Translations under genes and position numbers: made by a program
The notes under the pieces: generated by a model
What the model was told of the DNA's origin: nothing
What the model saw: the letters and a program-made list of their open reading frames with translations, nothing else
Databases searched by the model: none
Assembly: GCA_965204375.1 (NCBI GenBank)
Contig: OZ241986.1
Location: 2,112,001-2,176,000, forward strand
Direction: 5' to 3'
DNA: 64,000 bases
Origin: Candidatus Latescibacterota bacterium
GTDB lineage: Bacteria; Latescibacterota; UBA2968
Shown: in pieces, positions 1-9,714 of the stretch
How positions within the stretch are numbered: position 1 is the stretch's first letter
Layout of the letters: each line of letters starts with the position of its first letter

Positions 1-284
1 TGGACGCTCGCAAAAGGCGCGCTGCTCGGCGCGCGCTCGTGGGGTGACAATCCCCACCACAGATGTACGGACTCGGCTCGCAACACCTTCCTGGCGACCT
101 CCTCCAAATAGGGATGCTGGACAACATCGACATAATCCGGGTCTTCATAAGGCGGACATCCGCTCGCCTTCAACCTGTCCCATGCCGCTTCGGCGCGGTT
201 CAGTTCCTCGGTCGTGAAGGGACTGTCGATCGTAACGGCTCCCTCTTCGTCGTATTGCCTCATTTGTGCATCGGTAAACAGCAT
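1..284 (-). CDS. Phytanoyl-CoA dioxygenase (PhyH)-like protein, 5' part (runs off window)
   Basis: Not in ORF track. Read manually: GGAGG RBS, ATG at 284, open to the window edge: MLFTDAQMRQYDEEGAVTIDSPFTTEEL..., a typical PhyH-family N-terminus. Confidence 0.65.
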   Translation of the reverse strand, partial: MLFTDAQMRQYDEEGAVTIDSPFTTEELNRAEAAWDRLKASGCPPYEDPDYVDVVQHPYLEEVARKVLRAESVHLWWGLSPHERAPSSAPFASV

Positions 285-326
285 AGCGCCTCCATTAGTG
301 TTTCGAATCAAACGATCCCTATAATA

Positions 327-355
327 AGTTTATCGCCTCCCAATCCGAAATTCAA
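327..355 (-). promoter_or_regulatory. sigma70-type promoter of the PhyH-like gene
   Basis: TTGAAT-N17-TAAACT on the minus strand, about 40 bp upstream of ATG 284. Confidence 0.5.
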
Positions 356-488
356 GCCAAATACCGCGAGCTATGCCTTGTGTGAGACAAGCCGATGGCC
401 TATATTTCTATTGGACTGCCCGGAACTCCTTGAACCGCCGGGCGTTCCCGTATATATAGCCCCTCATCTTTTGCCGGGAGGACATGCG

Positions 489-2957
489 ATGAACACAACC
501 CTCAAATGTGTTGCACCTGCCCTGCTCTGTTTCTTGCTCTCTGCACCGCTTGCCGCTCAGGAAGCCCAGATTGACTCTCTCATTGCTCAGGGACAGGCTG
601 CCTTTGAAGCCAACAAAAAAGACCAGGCCATCAAAGCACTCACAGCGGCTATCAAACAAAACCCCGATAACATCCAGACCTACCTCGCCGTTGCTCCCAT
701 ATACATCAACGCGGGATATCTGGACCACGCAATGAAGGCATTCAAGGAAGCTCTCAAACTCAATGATGCCTCGCCAGAAGCCCAGACCGGCATTGCAGAG
801 ACCTACTACAAAAAAGCCTCTGGTGGGATCATGGCTGTTTACCATGCCCGCAAAGCCGTCAGCGCGGCCCGGCGCGCCACCCGGCTCGACCCCACCTACG
901 CGCCCGCCTACATCCTCCTCGGTCGCGCGTACATCCGCCTGAATGAGAACCACACCGCTGCCTCGCGGGCTTTTGCACAGGCATTGACACACCAGCCCGA
1001 CAATCCCGAAATCGCCTATCTCCTGGGCACTTCCTATATTGAACTGCGCCGCAACGCCCAGGGCCGTCAACGCGACAACCAGATGATCCTGAGCGAATCC
1101 ATCCTCAAAAACCTCGAATATCACCTCGAAAATGCTCGCTTTCTCCCCATCGCCGCGCAGATCCTCTTCGATAAGGGAGAGCCGGAAAAAGCCCTCAACG
1201 TCTTTGAGCAATTCATCGCCACTCTGCCAGAAACAGAACGGACCTATTACGACGACATCGCCAGGGTAGGTACCAAAGAAGAACTCAAAATCTACGAAGA
1301 AACTCCCGAAGCCGAACGCCTTGCCTTTCTCGAACAATTCTGGGCCAAGCGCGATTTTGATTTGCTCACCGAAGTCAACGAACGCCTCATTGAACACTAC
1401 CGCAGGGTGTGGTACGCGCGAAACCACTTCGCCGAAGCCAAAACGCCCTGGGATGCGCGGGGAGACATCTACATCCGCTACGGCGACCCCGACTACCGTG
1501 CGCGTTCTGGCAGAGCCAACCCCGAAATCACGCCCGCCGTAGAACAGGTCAAAGAACGCCTCGCCCTGGCCCTCTACGGTCCCGAAGCCATGGACGAAGT
1601 CTTTACAGGTCCAGTCTATCCCATCCGTTCCAACCAGTCTTTCGTAGGCGAACTCGACCCCGCGGCCCTCGCACGCACCGATGAAGGCGGCAATATTCTC
1701 GTACCCCCCGGCACAATTGAAGGCAACCTGGACGAATTCATCCTCACAGAAGCCCTTGGCGCAGATGGAGAGGCAAGCGGTGAAGTCGGAGAAATTGGGC
1801 AGTTGGCCCTCGACGAATACCAGCGGCGGCAGACGCGCCCCGAAAACCAGCACCACTTCCTGCCCGTCACCTCACGAGGCGACATGACCATTGTGCCCTG
1901 GGAAACCTGGGTCTATACCAATATTGGAGAAGGCATCGAAATCACCTTCACCAACGAATTGGGCAACGGCGTTTACACCTACGCGCCACTTCCCGACTTC
2001 CCTCACGAAGAAACCACCATTGGCCTTCACCGGTACTCCCTCCTCGCGTATTACGCCCCCGAAGCCATCGCCAACCGCACAGTCAGCGAAGTCCCCGATT
2101 TTTATACGCCTGGCGGCCCCATGTCGGGCCTCGGATTCCACTACGATTTTGCCGACTTTCGCGGACCAGATGGCGCCACCCGCCTGGAAATCTACTACGG
2201 CATCGATCCCGTGGAAATGGGCACCTTTGCTTCGGGCGACACCTCTACGATTATCGCCGACTGCGCCGTCATCCTGGCCGACACCTCCTACACCAACGTT
2301 TACCGCGCACAAGACGCCATCTTTTACCGGTCTATCGGCCACCATATGTGGCCCGAAGGCTCCTTCATCCCCACCCTCATCCCAATCGACGTACCCCCCG
2401 GCAACTACCTGCTCACAGTACAGGTCAATGACCGCGCTGCCGAACGCAAAGGTATTTATCGCCATCAAGTACAGGTTGAACCTTACCAGTCCAACGCCTT
2501 GCAACTCAGCGACATCCAGCTAAGCTGGAACATCTCGGAAAACCCGGGTGACGAAAAATTCCGCAAAGGCGACGTATGGGTCGTGCCCATGATCTCCCGC
2601 GCCTATCAGAAGGACCAGAGCGCCTATGCCTACTACGAAGTCTATAACCTCACCCGAAACGATTTTGGGCAAACCCGCTATCGCGTCACCTATACCATTG
2701 CCGTGGAAGATCCAATACGTCCCTTCAATCTGGTCCGCAGCAGCGTTGGTGCTCTTGCCAGTATATTCCAGCGAAAGGACAAAACACAGGTCACAGTCAG
2801 CTTCGAACAGACCGGCAACGAACAATCTACCACCGGGTATTTTGAACTCAGCCTGAAAAAAGTCAAAGCCGGTTACAACCGCCTCACCGTCACAGTCGAA
2901 GACCTCAACAATGGACAAAAAGCCGCCAAAGAAATCCAGTTCAGGTATAAGAAATAG
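489..2957 (+). CDS. Secreted TPR + GWxTD-domain protein
   Basis: GGAGG RBS before ATG 489; signal peptide ending LAA-Q; several TPR repeats; FLEQFWAKRD...EHYRRVWYA..F...TPWDARGDIYIRYGDPD and WETWVY match the GWxTD domain pattern. Confidence 0.85.
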   Translation: MNTTLKCVAPALLCFLLSAPLAAQEAQIDSLIAQGQAAFEANKKDQAIKALTAAIKQNPDNIQTYLAVAPIYINAGYLDHAMKAFKEALKLNDASPEAQTGIAETYYKKASGGIMAVYHARKAVSAARRATRLDPTYAPAYILLGRAYIRLNENHTAASRAFAQALTHQPDNPEIAYLLGTSYIELRRNAQGRQRDNQMILSESILKNLEYHLENARFLPIAAQILFDKGEPEKALNVFEQFIATLPETERTYYDDIARVGTKEELKIYEETPEAERLAFLEQFWAKRDFDLLTEVNERLIEHYRRVWYARNHFAEAKTPWDARGDIYIRYGDPDYRARSGRANPEITPAVEQVKERLALALYGPEAMDEVFTGPVYPIRSNQSFVGELDPAALARTDEGGNILVPPGTIEGNLDEFILTEALGADGEASGEVGEIGQLALDEYQRRQTRPENQHHFLPVTSRGDMTIVPWETWVYTNIGEGIEITFTNELGNGVYTYAPLPDFPHEETTIGLHRYSLLAYYAPEAIANRTVSEVPDFYTPGGPMSGLGFHYDFADFRGPDGATRLEIYYGIDPVEMGTFASGDTSTIIADCAVILADTSYTNVYRAQDAIFYRSIGHHMWPEGSFIPTLIPIDVPPGNYLLTVQVNDRAAERKGIYRHQVQVEPYQSNALQLSDIQLSWNISENPGDEKFRKGDVWVVPMISRAYQKDQSAYAYYEVYNLTRNDFGQTRYRVTYTIAVEDPIRPFNLVRSSVGALASIFQRKDKTQVTVSFEQTGNEQSTTGYFELSLKKVKAGYNRLTVTVEDLNNGQKAAKEIQFRYKK

Positions 2958-2972
2958 CGAGATGGGAAAATC

Positions 2973-3007
2973 AAAAAAAGGCGACCGAAAAACTCGGTCG
3001 CCTTTTT
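2973..3007. terminator. Bidirectional intrinsic terminator
   Basis: AAAAAGGCGACCGA-loop-TCGGTCGCCTTTTT between convergent genes. Confidence 0.85.
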
Positions 3008-3026
3008 ACATGCTCAACACAACGAA

Positions 3027-3968
3027 CTAAAAAGCGAAGCCCATCCCAAACCGCAAGGGTTGATTCAGATCGTGTTTGGACTGCTGCCACGCCACATCCG
3101 CCGTGATCTTTGTCCCGGCCAGAGGCAATTTCACGCCTGCACCTGCTGTAAGCCCAAAGGAATCGTAGCGGAACATATACCCTCCGCGCAGCGCCAGTAT
3201 ATTGCCCAGCCAGGCTTCGCCGCCCACATGGTAGCGCTCTTCCCAGTTAATCAGGAAGTTCATCTCAACCGCCCCGGTGATATAAAACGGATCGCCTTGC
3301 TGCCCATAGACCTCGGCAGCGGTTCCCAGATTGAACGACAGGGGTTGCTGGAACTGTCTTCGCAAAACCTCTGTGTCCTTTCCGAAGTTCCGCAGTGCCA
3401 TTGACAACCTCAGGCTGCCAAGCCCGGTGTAGAACTTGGTGCCAAAATCCACATTGAAAGTCGTGTGATTGGTCAAGTCCAGATCCTCGCGAGCCAGCAT
3501 AAATCGCACGCCAAAGGACAGCTTGTCCGTGAACTTGCGGCTATAGATGAGACTAAAGGCCGATGTGCCCAGGCTGAGCGTTCGACCCGTGCCTCCCGGC
3601 TGCAAAATCGTGGTCTCTTCCACATCCTCTGGCTTAAAGGTCAGGATGCTGACCCCGATGGTATGCACACCGCTCGTATAAGCTATAGCCCCGGTATTGA
3701 ATGTAGAATTTACGAACCACTGCGAATGGCTCAGCGACACTTCCAATTTCTCCACGCCCGTCATCCCGGCCGGATTCCACCACGCGGCATTGACATCGTC
3801 TGCGGCAGTTGCATAAGCACTCCCCATTGCCACGGCGCGAGGGCTTTGCGCCACCGCAAGGGGCGAGAAGATTGTCAAGTCCGGCCGCTTAATAAGCCCA
3901 CCTGCATATGCTGGAATAGCCATTAGTGTCGTGGCGAGCATGCAGATGAGAAAAACTTTTTTATACAT
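3027..3968 (-). CDS. PorV/PorQ-family outer-membrane beta-barrel
   Basis: Signal peptide; SPRAVAMGSAYATAADDVNAAWWNPAG motif; C-terminal Phe; paralogue at 58195-59157. Confidence 0.85.
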   Translation of the reverse strand: MYKKVFLICMLATTLMAIPAYAGGLIKRPDLTIFSPLAVAQSPRAVAMGSAYATAADDVNAAWWNPAGMTGVEKLEVSLSHSQWFVNSTFNTGAIAYTSGVHTIGVSILTFKPEDVEETTILQPGGTGRTLSLGTSAFSLIYSRKFTDKLSFGVRFMLAREDLDLTNHTTFNVDFGTKFYTGLGSLRLSMALRNFGKDTEVLRRQFQQPLSFNLGTAAEVYGQQGDPFYITGAVEMNFLINWEERYHVGGEAWLGNILALRGGYMFRYDSFGLTAGAGVKLPLAGTKITADVAWQQSKHDLNQPLRFGMGFAF

Positions 3969-3989
3969 ACTTGCTCTCCTTATTCAGAG

Positions 3990-4018
3990 GGGCGATAGGC
4001 AGAGACTACCCACCGCCC
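3990..4018 (-). other. Intergenic RNA hairpin without U-tract
   Basis: GGGCGGUGGGUAG-UCU-CUGCCUAUCGCCC pairs fully only on the minus strand (3 G.U pairs). Confidence 0.6.
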
Positions 4019-4023
4019 GCCGA

Positions 4024-6528
4024 TTACCTGACAGATCCCCCAACCACCACAAATGTCCCGCGCTGGATCTTTCCGTTGCTCTCTGGCGTCAGGGACTTCA
4101 CCACGAAGAAATAGACCCCAGCCGGAACCTGTCCCGTCACCGCCTTGGTGAGCTGGATATATTCCGCTTCTCCAACCGCTGGATTATCGTGATCAAACTC
4201 CGACATCAGATCTCCGGAAACCGAGAAAATTTTCACATTGCACTTGGACGGCAAATTCACGAATCGAATTTTATCCGACCCCTCATAGGCGTGAGAACCA
4301 TCGGCCAGGAAGGGATTGGGCACCACCGACACCTTAGCTTCCAGGCGTTCGGCCTCTGCATAAGCGGCCACTGCCGGACTCGTGGGTATCCATGAATACC
4401 GGAAGAACTGCTCGGGAGCAGACAAGCCACTCTCCAACCCGCTTTGTACCGACTGCTGTGCAGCCGGCGGCAAATCGGATAGCGTCCTGGTGCCATCGCT
4501 GCTGGTCCAGGTACTGTGCCCGGTGTCATAAGCCGTCACCGCATAGTAATAGGCAAATCCAGCCAGAGATGTATCGTCGGTGTAAGAATACCGATCACCC
4601 TCTTTGTGCGACGCATCTCCGACCTTGATATCCTTCAGGAGTTGCCAGTTGTCGAAGTAAAAATCACTGCGGTAAATCCGGTAACCAGCAATATCCTTGG
4701 CCTCAGCAGTACCCGCATAATCGGGATCTTCCAGATCGTCGATACTCTGCCAGCTAATTTTGGCCGTAGCTGCCGGTGTATTCGCGATCCAGGTGTGGAG
4801 ATCCGGCGGCGGGAGTGGCACGTCGCCGCCCAGTTCGTACATCGCCTGCGCGTGCTGCGCGTGCTTCATCAAATTCCGCATGGCCTTGTCCGTGTGCAAA
4901 TCGGCCTGGTTCTGCGGGATATTCCGCTGCCAGCCCCACATATTTTCCTCTACTGGCATCGACGCTGTAAAAGCCATCACGATCTTCACGCGGTCGCCCC
5001 TTTGCATATCGTAGGGACCGTAAGTGTGAGAAAACGCATGCCAGTTGGGCGACATGGGTTGCTCGGGAGTCTCGCCCCGTCGCGTGGGATTGTCCTGCAC
5101 TGGCAGAGGTGCAGTCGGATTGTCCGGCCAGCCCGTGCGTCCGGCGATATTGTACATACTCACCCGCTCGCCCGGCTTGGCCACCGACACCAGCGCAATA
5201 CCGATCTCGTCGGTGCTATGCCGGTTGATATCCGGTTCTTCCTTGTGGGTGAACCACGGCACGGCAAAGGGCTGCTCTGCCACCTTTGGAGCTATGTAAT
5301 TTGCGTAGTCGTCGTTCACAAAAGGCGGCGTATAGTCAATCGGAATCGCCCCCACGTACTGCCCGGCCAGGAGTTCTCCGCGCTGTTGGAAGTTCACCCG
5401 CCCCCAGCAGCACTGGTTTTCGGGCTGATGGGGATCACCCGCATCGTCGTGCGCTGTCAGCGGAGAATCCCAGTCAAAAGCGTAGCTCATCTTCATGCCC
5501 ACAGCATCGGCCACATCCGCGTGATTCGGGTCAGCCGTTCCATAGTTGGCCGCCTCGGTATAGCGGTACACATCGTCCTGGATCACATCGTAGTTCTCCG
5601 ACTCCTGACGGCGCAACAACCAGTAGTAGTACCCCCGTGCTCTATCTACGCGGTCTCTATTGGCCGTGCCGCCTTCCGTGGGCCAGAAATAGTTGTAAAA
5701 GGCAAAATAGACATCCTTGAGATTTAGTCCGGCACCGCCGTTGAGATCGGCAACGCCATCGCCATCGGAGTCTCCGGTATTCTCAAACACATTCTCCACA
5801 ATGATGAAGTCATCCCAGTCCCGAAACGTCCACTGGTAAACCTTCTTTGTGCCCTGAATACCGGCCTCCGTCGTCCACTTGGCGATCGCCACCAGTTCTC
5901 CAAACCGCTTGTGCTCCGGCTTCATATACGTGTGGAAATCCCAGTTGTGGATCTCCACGATATTGTCCGAACCCGGATGCGGCTGCCCCGGCCACCAGTT
6001 TTTGGCTTCCGCTATCGGAATCCCCTTGAGCGGGTGCTGTGGATCCATCCCCACGCCCAGTTGCCCTTCGATTTCCGTACTCACCGGATACTCCATAGGC
6101 GTGATGTCCGGACTGGTGGTCAGACTCGTAAATGATACCACGAGGTCTTTTCCGCGCGAGGGCGTATATTCTGACGGGTCGGGCCTGGTGATAATAAACG
6201 TTCCCAAGCTCCGCGCCGTGGCCGTTCTCAGCAGATAATTTTGCACCCACTGGTTGGACCCCGGCCATCCGCGCCTATCCCACAAACTCCCCGGCAAGCG
6301 GTTCCGCCCCGGATAGGCCACGCCCTCCATACTGGCGCGCCGGCTTCCGTCTCGATCCGGACCGTGCATGCCTGTGTTCATCAGCCCCGTCCAGAGCTTG
6401 CTGCGCCGCAGGTTGCGCCACGGCAACCGAGGAATATTCTGAGCGGCTACCTCGCAGGCCAGCGACATCACAAAGATTCCGACAAGGATTGCCCCGGCCG
6501 TGCGAGAAAATTTCGCATACATTTTCAT
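4024..6528 (-). CDS. Secreted protein with Fn3-like domain and T9SS type-A-like C-terminal domain
   Basis: Start moved to 6528 (GAGG RBS, signal peptide); DSDGDG Ca-binding motif; GYRIYRS...YYYAVTAYD Fn3-like segment; C-terminus VSVVPNPF...KIFSVSGDL...AGVYFFVV. Confidence 0.75.
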   Translation of the reverse strand: MKMYAKFSRTAGAILVGIFVMSLACEVAAQNIPRLPWRNLRRSKLWTGLMNTGMHGPDRDGSRRASMEGVAYPGRNRLPGSLWDRRGWPGSNQWVQNYLLRTATARSLGTFIITRPDPSEYTPSRGKDLVVSFTSLTTSPDITPMEYPVSTEIEGQLGVGMDPQHPLKGIPIAEAKNWWPGQPHPGSDNIVEIHNWDFHTYMKPEHKRFGELVAIAKWTTEAGIQGTKKVYQWTFRDWDDFIIVENVFENTGDSDGDGVADLNGGAGLNLKDVYFAFYNYFWPTEGGTANRDRVDRARGYYYWLLRRQESENYDVIQDDVYRYTEAANYGTADPNHADVADAVGMKMSYAFDWDSPLTAHDDAGDPHQPENQCCWGRVNFQQRGELLAGQYVGAIPIDYTPPFVNDDYANYIAPKVAEQPFAVPWFTHKEEPDINRHSTDEIGIALVSVAKPGERVSMYNIAGRTGWPDNPTAPLPVQDNPTRRGETPEQPMSPNWHAFSHTYGPYDMQRGDRVKIVMAFTASMPVEENMWGWQRNIPQNQADLHTDKAMRNLMKHAQHAQAMYELGGDVPLPPPDLHTWIANTPAATAKISWQSIDDLEDPDYAGTAEAKDIAGYRIYRSDFYFDNWQLLKDIKVGDASHKEGDRYSYTDDTSLAGFAYYYAVTAYDTGHSTWTSSDGTRTLSDLPPAAQQSVQSGLESGLSAPEQFFRYSWIPTSPAVAAYAEAERLEAKVSVVPNPFLADGSHAYEGSDKIRFVNLPSKCNVKIFSVSGDLMSEFDHDNPAVGEAEYIQLTKAVTGQVPAGVYFFVVKSLTPESNGKIQRGTFVVVGGSVR

Positions 6529-6553
6529 GTCATATCCTCTGTCTAGGTTGAAT

Positions 6554-6584
6554 CCGCGGTGTGGGCGCAGTGCCCACACCGCGG
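6554..6584. other. Intergenic GC-rich hairpin without U-tract
   Basis: CCGCGGTGTGGGC-GCAGT-GCCCACACCGCGG, perfect 13-bp stem between the receptor and CTD-protein genes. Confidence 0.7.
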
Positions 6585-6596
6585 CACTGTGCCTGC

Positions 6597-9500
6597 TTAC
6601 CAGGTCAACCGCAGCCCTGCAAATACCAGGCGCGGGTTGGTCCTTGTATATCTGCTCAACTCACTGGCATCGCCGCCGAACTGCATGAACAACGGATTGG
6701 TAGGCTGTGATTCAAGCAATCCCCACCGCACGTAGTCTGGGCTCGTGGATGCCGAGCCTTTGAAATTGAACAAATTTTCGACCTCCACATAAAGCAACGG
6801 GCGGATGCCCCTGATGTTGAAACCTTTCTGGAAGCTGAAATCAACCGCCGAGATCGTGGGACCCTCTTTCTTCAGGTTCAAACTGGTTTTCGGATCCTGA
6901 TAATCGAAGATACGTCCCGTGAAGATGCGGTAGATCATGTTCACCCGAACGTCGCCAAACAGCTTGCTGCCCCAGAACATCTCGCCGGGACCAAAATCGG
7001 GCGGACTGGCGTAAATCAGCACCAGGCTCCCATTTGTCCGCGTGGCATCGCTGCGCCCGCCTTCCACACTCCAGCCCGTCGTCGAAAAGGCGTAAAGCCC
7101 TCGCAGTGCTGCCTGTTCCTCACTGGACAGCCCGCTCTGCTCCCACAGGGGATAAAATTTCCCATCGTTGGTCGCATACATCGCACCCACACCGAACTCG
7201 CCAGCCAGACCTTTATCTACTACCTCCTGCGCCGCTGCCTTCAGTTCCTCCAGCTTGGCACCGGTCGGAGGGGCGGGAACCTCTGCCCCTGTATTCGGGT
7301 CAATTGTGTACTGTACCCAGTACCGGTTGGGATCGGCAATATAGGATGCATCCGGATAGATGCTCGCGCCCATATTGCCCCGCTTGGTGCCGCCAATAGT
7401 CAGGCGCTCGCCCCAGCCGAGGTTGAGTGCGGCTTTGAATGAGAAGTTGTGCTTCAACCCCTTCTTCAATGCCAGTTCGATGCCGCGGGTCGTGGTGTGG
7501 CCTCTGGGACCCTGCGAACGGGTCTTGGCTTTGCCGCCGATCTGCGGATCGCGGAATACCGCACCATTAACACTCAAAAATCCATTGGTGATGCGGTAAT
7601 AGGCAGTGCCCTGGAAGGAATAATCGCTGATGAAATTCCACTCCGTACCCAGCTCAAAAGCCGTAGAAACCTGCGAGTGCTGCAAGGAGAAGAACTGGTC
7701 AATCACAAATCCCGAGCCAAACGAGTCGTTGCGGACCAGGTTGTTATTGTACTCTTCAGCACTGATGTTTCCATCGTTGTTGTGGTCAATCGAGTGCGGC
7801 CCCGTCGCCCGCCAGTTCTGCTGGTATATCCGGCGGAAATCCGGACGGGTGTGGAACTTCCCGTAGAAGAAGTGAATCTTCGACTTGGCCGTAATCGGGT
7901 GCGAGATTCCCACCCGGGGCATAAACCAGTTCATCGGCTGCATATCGCCATACGTCACATGATTCCGGAAGCGCGTATAGTTGTAGCCCATTGGCGCGCC
8001 CTGATAGGGATAGAGGGGAACCACACCGCCGCTATACCGCTCGTAGCGGAATCCCGCATTGATGATCAGCCCCTCAAACTCCATCTTGTCCTGTACATAA
8101 GCGTGGAGTTCGGTGGGCGTAATTCCCTCACCTGGTACATATCGCTTGCCCCAGTAAATCAGCCATCGATTTCGCTCATCTACATCTTCGAAGGTCTCGG
8201 TCTTCCAGTTGTTGTAGCGATAAAACGTAAAACCGCCCTTCAGGAAGTGCGTGCGGGTCACCTGACTGGCCAGATCAAACCGGATTGCCAGCTTGTTCTG
8301 CTGTCCAACGCGAAGATCTCGTCTCTGACCGGAATCGGTGTAGTACCACCCGTCGTTGTCTAAGGATGGGTTCACCGTCGTACGGGGAATATCAATGGTG
8401 TCCTGCTTGCTGGCAATATACGACAGCCGCACTTCGTAAAACGTCTTTGCCGATAGGGTGTGGATGCTGGACGCATAGAACATGTTGTCCGTCACCTGCC
8501 ACTCACCCCCATAGCGTCCGCGTTCTTCCAGGAAAATCGCCCTGGAATCGAAACTATCTGCATAGCGACCTTTGCGGCTGGAATACAGCCCGCCCGCACG
8601 GAGCTTGATATCCGGTGTGGCGCTATAGGTCAATTTATAGCTCACATCCGCGTTAAACGGCTCGCGCTCAGTTGGCTGGGGCAGGTTCCGCGCCTGAAGA
8701 TCGTGCTTTGTGGTGGCAAAGAACGACAGATCGCGGTTAATAGGTCCCGAAAGGGACGCCTCTAAAAAATGCCCTCGCACATCAGTATAATCTCTCGAAG
8801 GCCGCTGATGCACCTTCCGGCCATTGGCTGTTTCATTCTCCCATTCAGAATCGCCATACTTCAGCCGGCCCTGATGCACGAAGCTCTCGTAAGCATTATT
8901 GCCCCAGTGCTTCTGTTGCGCTGGCGAATACCGATAGTGAAACTGCCCGTGGTAGTCCCGACCACCATCTTTGGTCACAATCTGGATAGAGCCGGTATTG
9001 CCGTATTCGGCATTTAACCCCCCAGCCAGCACCGTGATTTCTGAAATCGCCGACGTATTGACGTCGCCGCTCCAGTTCTGCGTGCCTCCACGAGTGCCCG
9101 TCCCGCGCCGACCATCCGAGTGCGTCAGGCGCACACCATCTACCATATACTCGGCCACCTCGCCGCCATCACCGCCCAGAAAGGCATTGCGGATCCGATT
9201 TGTGCCATCGATGTTGACACCTGCCTCCAGTTCGATAAATGAATCCAGATCGCGGACAATGGGCAGCACCGCAATATCCTCGGCTGTCACCACATAACGG
9301 CTCTCCGTCACATCTGCCTCTACCGGAGGCCGCTCTGCAATCACTGTCAGTTCACCCAGTTCCAGAGCCGCTTCATTGAGCGAGAAATCAACGGTCGTCG
9401 TCAGATCCGACGCAACCCGCACATCGGACTTGGTCGCACCCGTGTACCCGACCATCGACGCCTTCACCGTGTAGCTCCCCGGATCAACTGACAGGATAAA

Positions 9501-9692
9501 ATAATATCCCTCTGCATCGGTTGTTGCCCCACGGGTCGTCCCCTCCACCAGCACGTTGGCACCCGGCAGAGCCTCTCCAGCCTTATCGACTATACGACCA
9601 GTAATTTTTCCCGTTGTCGCCGCCTCGGCCAGGCTGACAAAACCGAGGGCAAAAATCGCAACGAGAACAAAACCCAGACATTTTCTGTACAT
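6597..9692 (-). CDS. TonB-dependent receptor with N-terminal carboxypeptidase-regulatory-like domain
   Basis: Signal peptide; TGKITGRIVDKAGEALPGANV; plug motif ISEITVLAGGLNAEYGN; YVQDKMEFEGLIINAGFRYE; C-terminal aromatic residue (LTW). Confidence 0.9.
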   Translation of the reverse strand: MYRKCLGFVLVAIFALGFVSLAEAATTGKITGRIVDKAGEALPGANVLVEGTTRGATTDAEGYYFILSVDPGSYTVKASMVGYTGATKSDVRVASDLTTTVDFSLNEAALELGELTVIAERPPVEADVTESRYVVTAEDIAVLPIVRDLDSFIELEAGVNIDGTNRIRNAFLGGDGGEVAEYMVDGVRLTHSDGRRGTGTRGGTQNWSGDVNTSAISEITVLAGGLNAEYGNTGSIQIVTKDGGRDYHGQFHYRYSPAQQKHWGNNAYESFVHQGRLKYGDSEWENETANGRKVHQRPSRDYTDVRGHFLEASLSGPINRDLSFFATTKHDLQARNLPQPTEREPFNADVSYKLTYSATPDIKLRAGGLYSSRKGRYADSFDSRAIFLEERGRYGGEWQVTDNMFYASSIHTLSAKTFYEVRLSYIASKQDTIDIPRTTVNPSLDNDGWYYTDSGQRRDLRVGQQNKLAIRFDLASQVTRTHFLKGGFTFYRYNNWKTETFEDVDERNRWLIYWGKRYVPGEGITPTELHAYVQDKMEFEGLIINAGFRYERYSGGVVPLYPYQGAPMGYNYTRFRNHVTYGDMQPMNWFMPRVGISHPITAKSKIHFFYGKFHTRPDFRRIYQQNWRATGPHSIDHNNDGNISAEEYNNNLVRNDSFGSGFVIDQFFSLQHSQVSTAFELGTEWNFISDYSFQGTAYYRITNGFLSVNGAVFRDPQIGGKAKTRSQGPRGHTTTRGIELALKKGLKHNFSFKAALNLGWGERLTIGGTKRGNMGASIYPDASYIADPNRYWVQYTIDPNTGAEVPAPPTGAKLEELKAAAQEVVDKGLAGEFGVGAMYATNDGKFYPLWEQSGLSSEEQAALRGLYAFSTTGWSVEGGRSDATRTNGSLVLIYASPPDFGPGEMFWGSKLFGDVRVNMIYRIFTGRIFDYQDPKTSLNLKKEGPTISAVDFSFQKGFNIRGIRPLLYVEVENLFNFKGSASTSPDYVRWGLLESQPTNPLFMQFGGDASELSRYTRTNPRLVFAGLRLTW

Positions 9693-9714
9693 CGAAAAAC
9701 CTCCTTAGTAAAGA

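Noticed and set aside
63-488. 142-aa N-terminal extension of the GWxTD ORF
   Set aside because: Overlaps the minus-strand PhyH gene and its promoter; RBS and signal peptide point to ATG 489.
408-1856. Long antisense ORFs (also 4516-5727, 37843-38919, 40574-41875, 50316-51425)
   Set aside because: Shadows of well-supported genes on the opposite strand in GC-rich DNA; no recognisable motifs.
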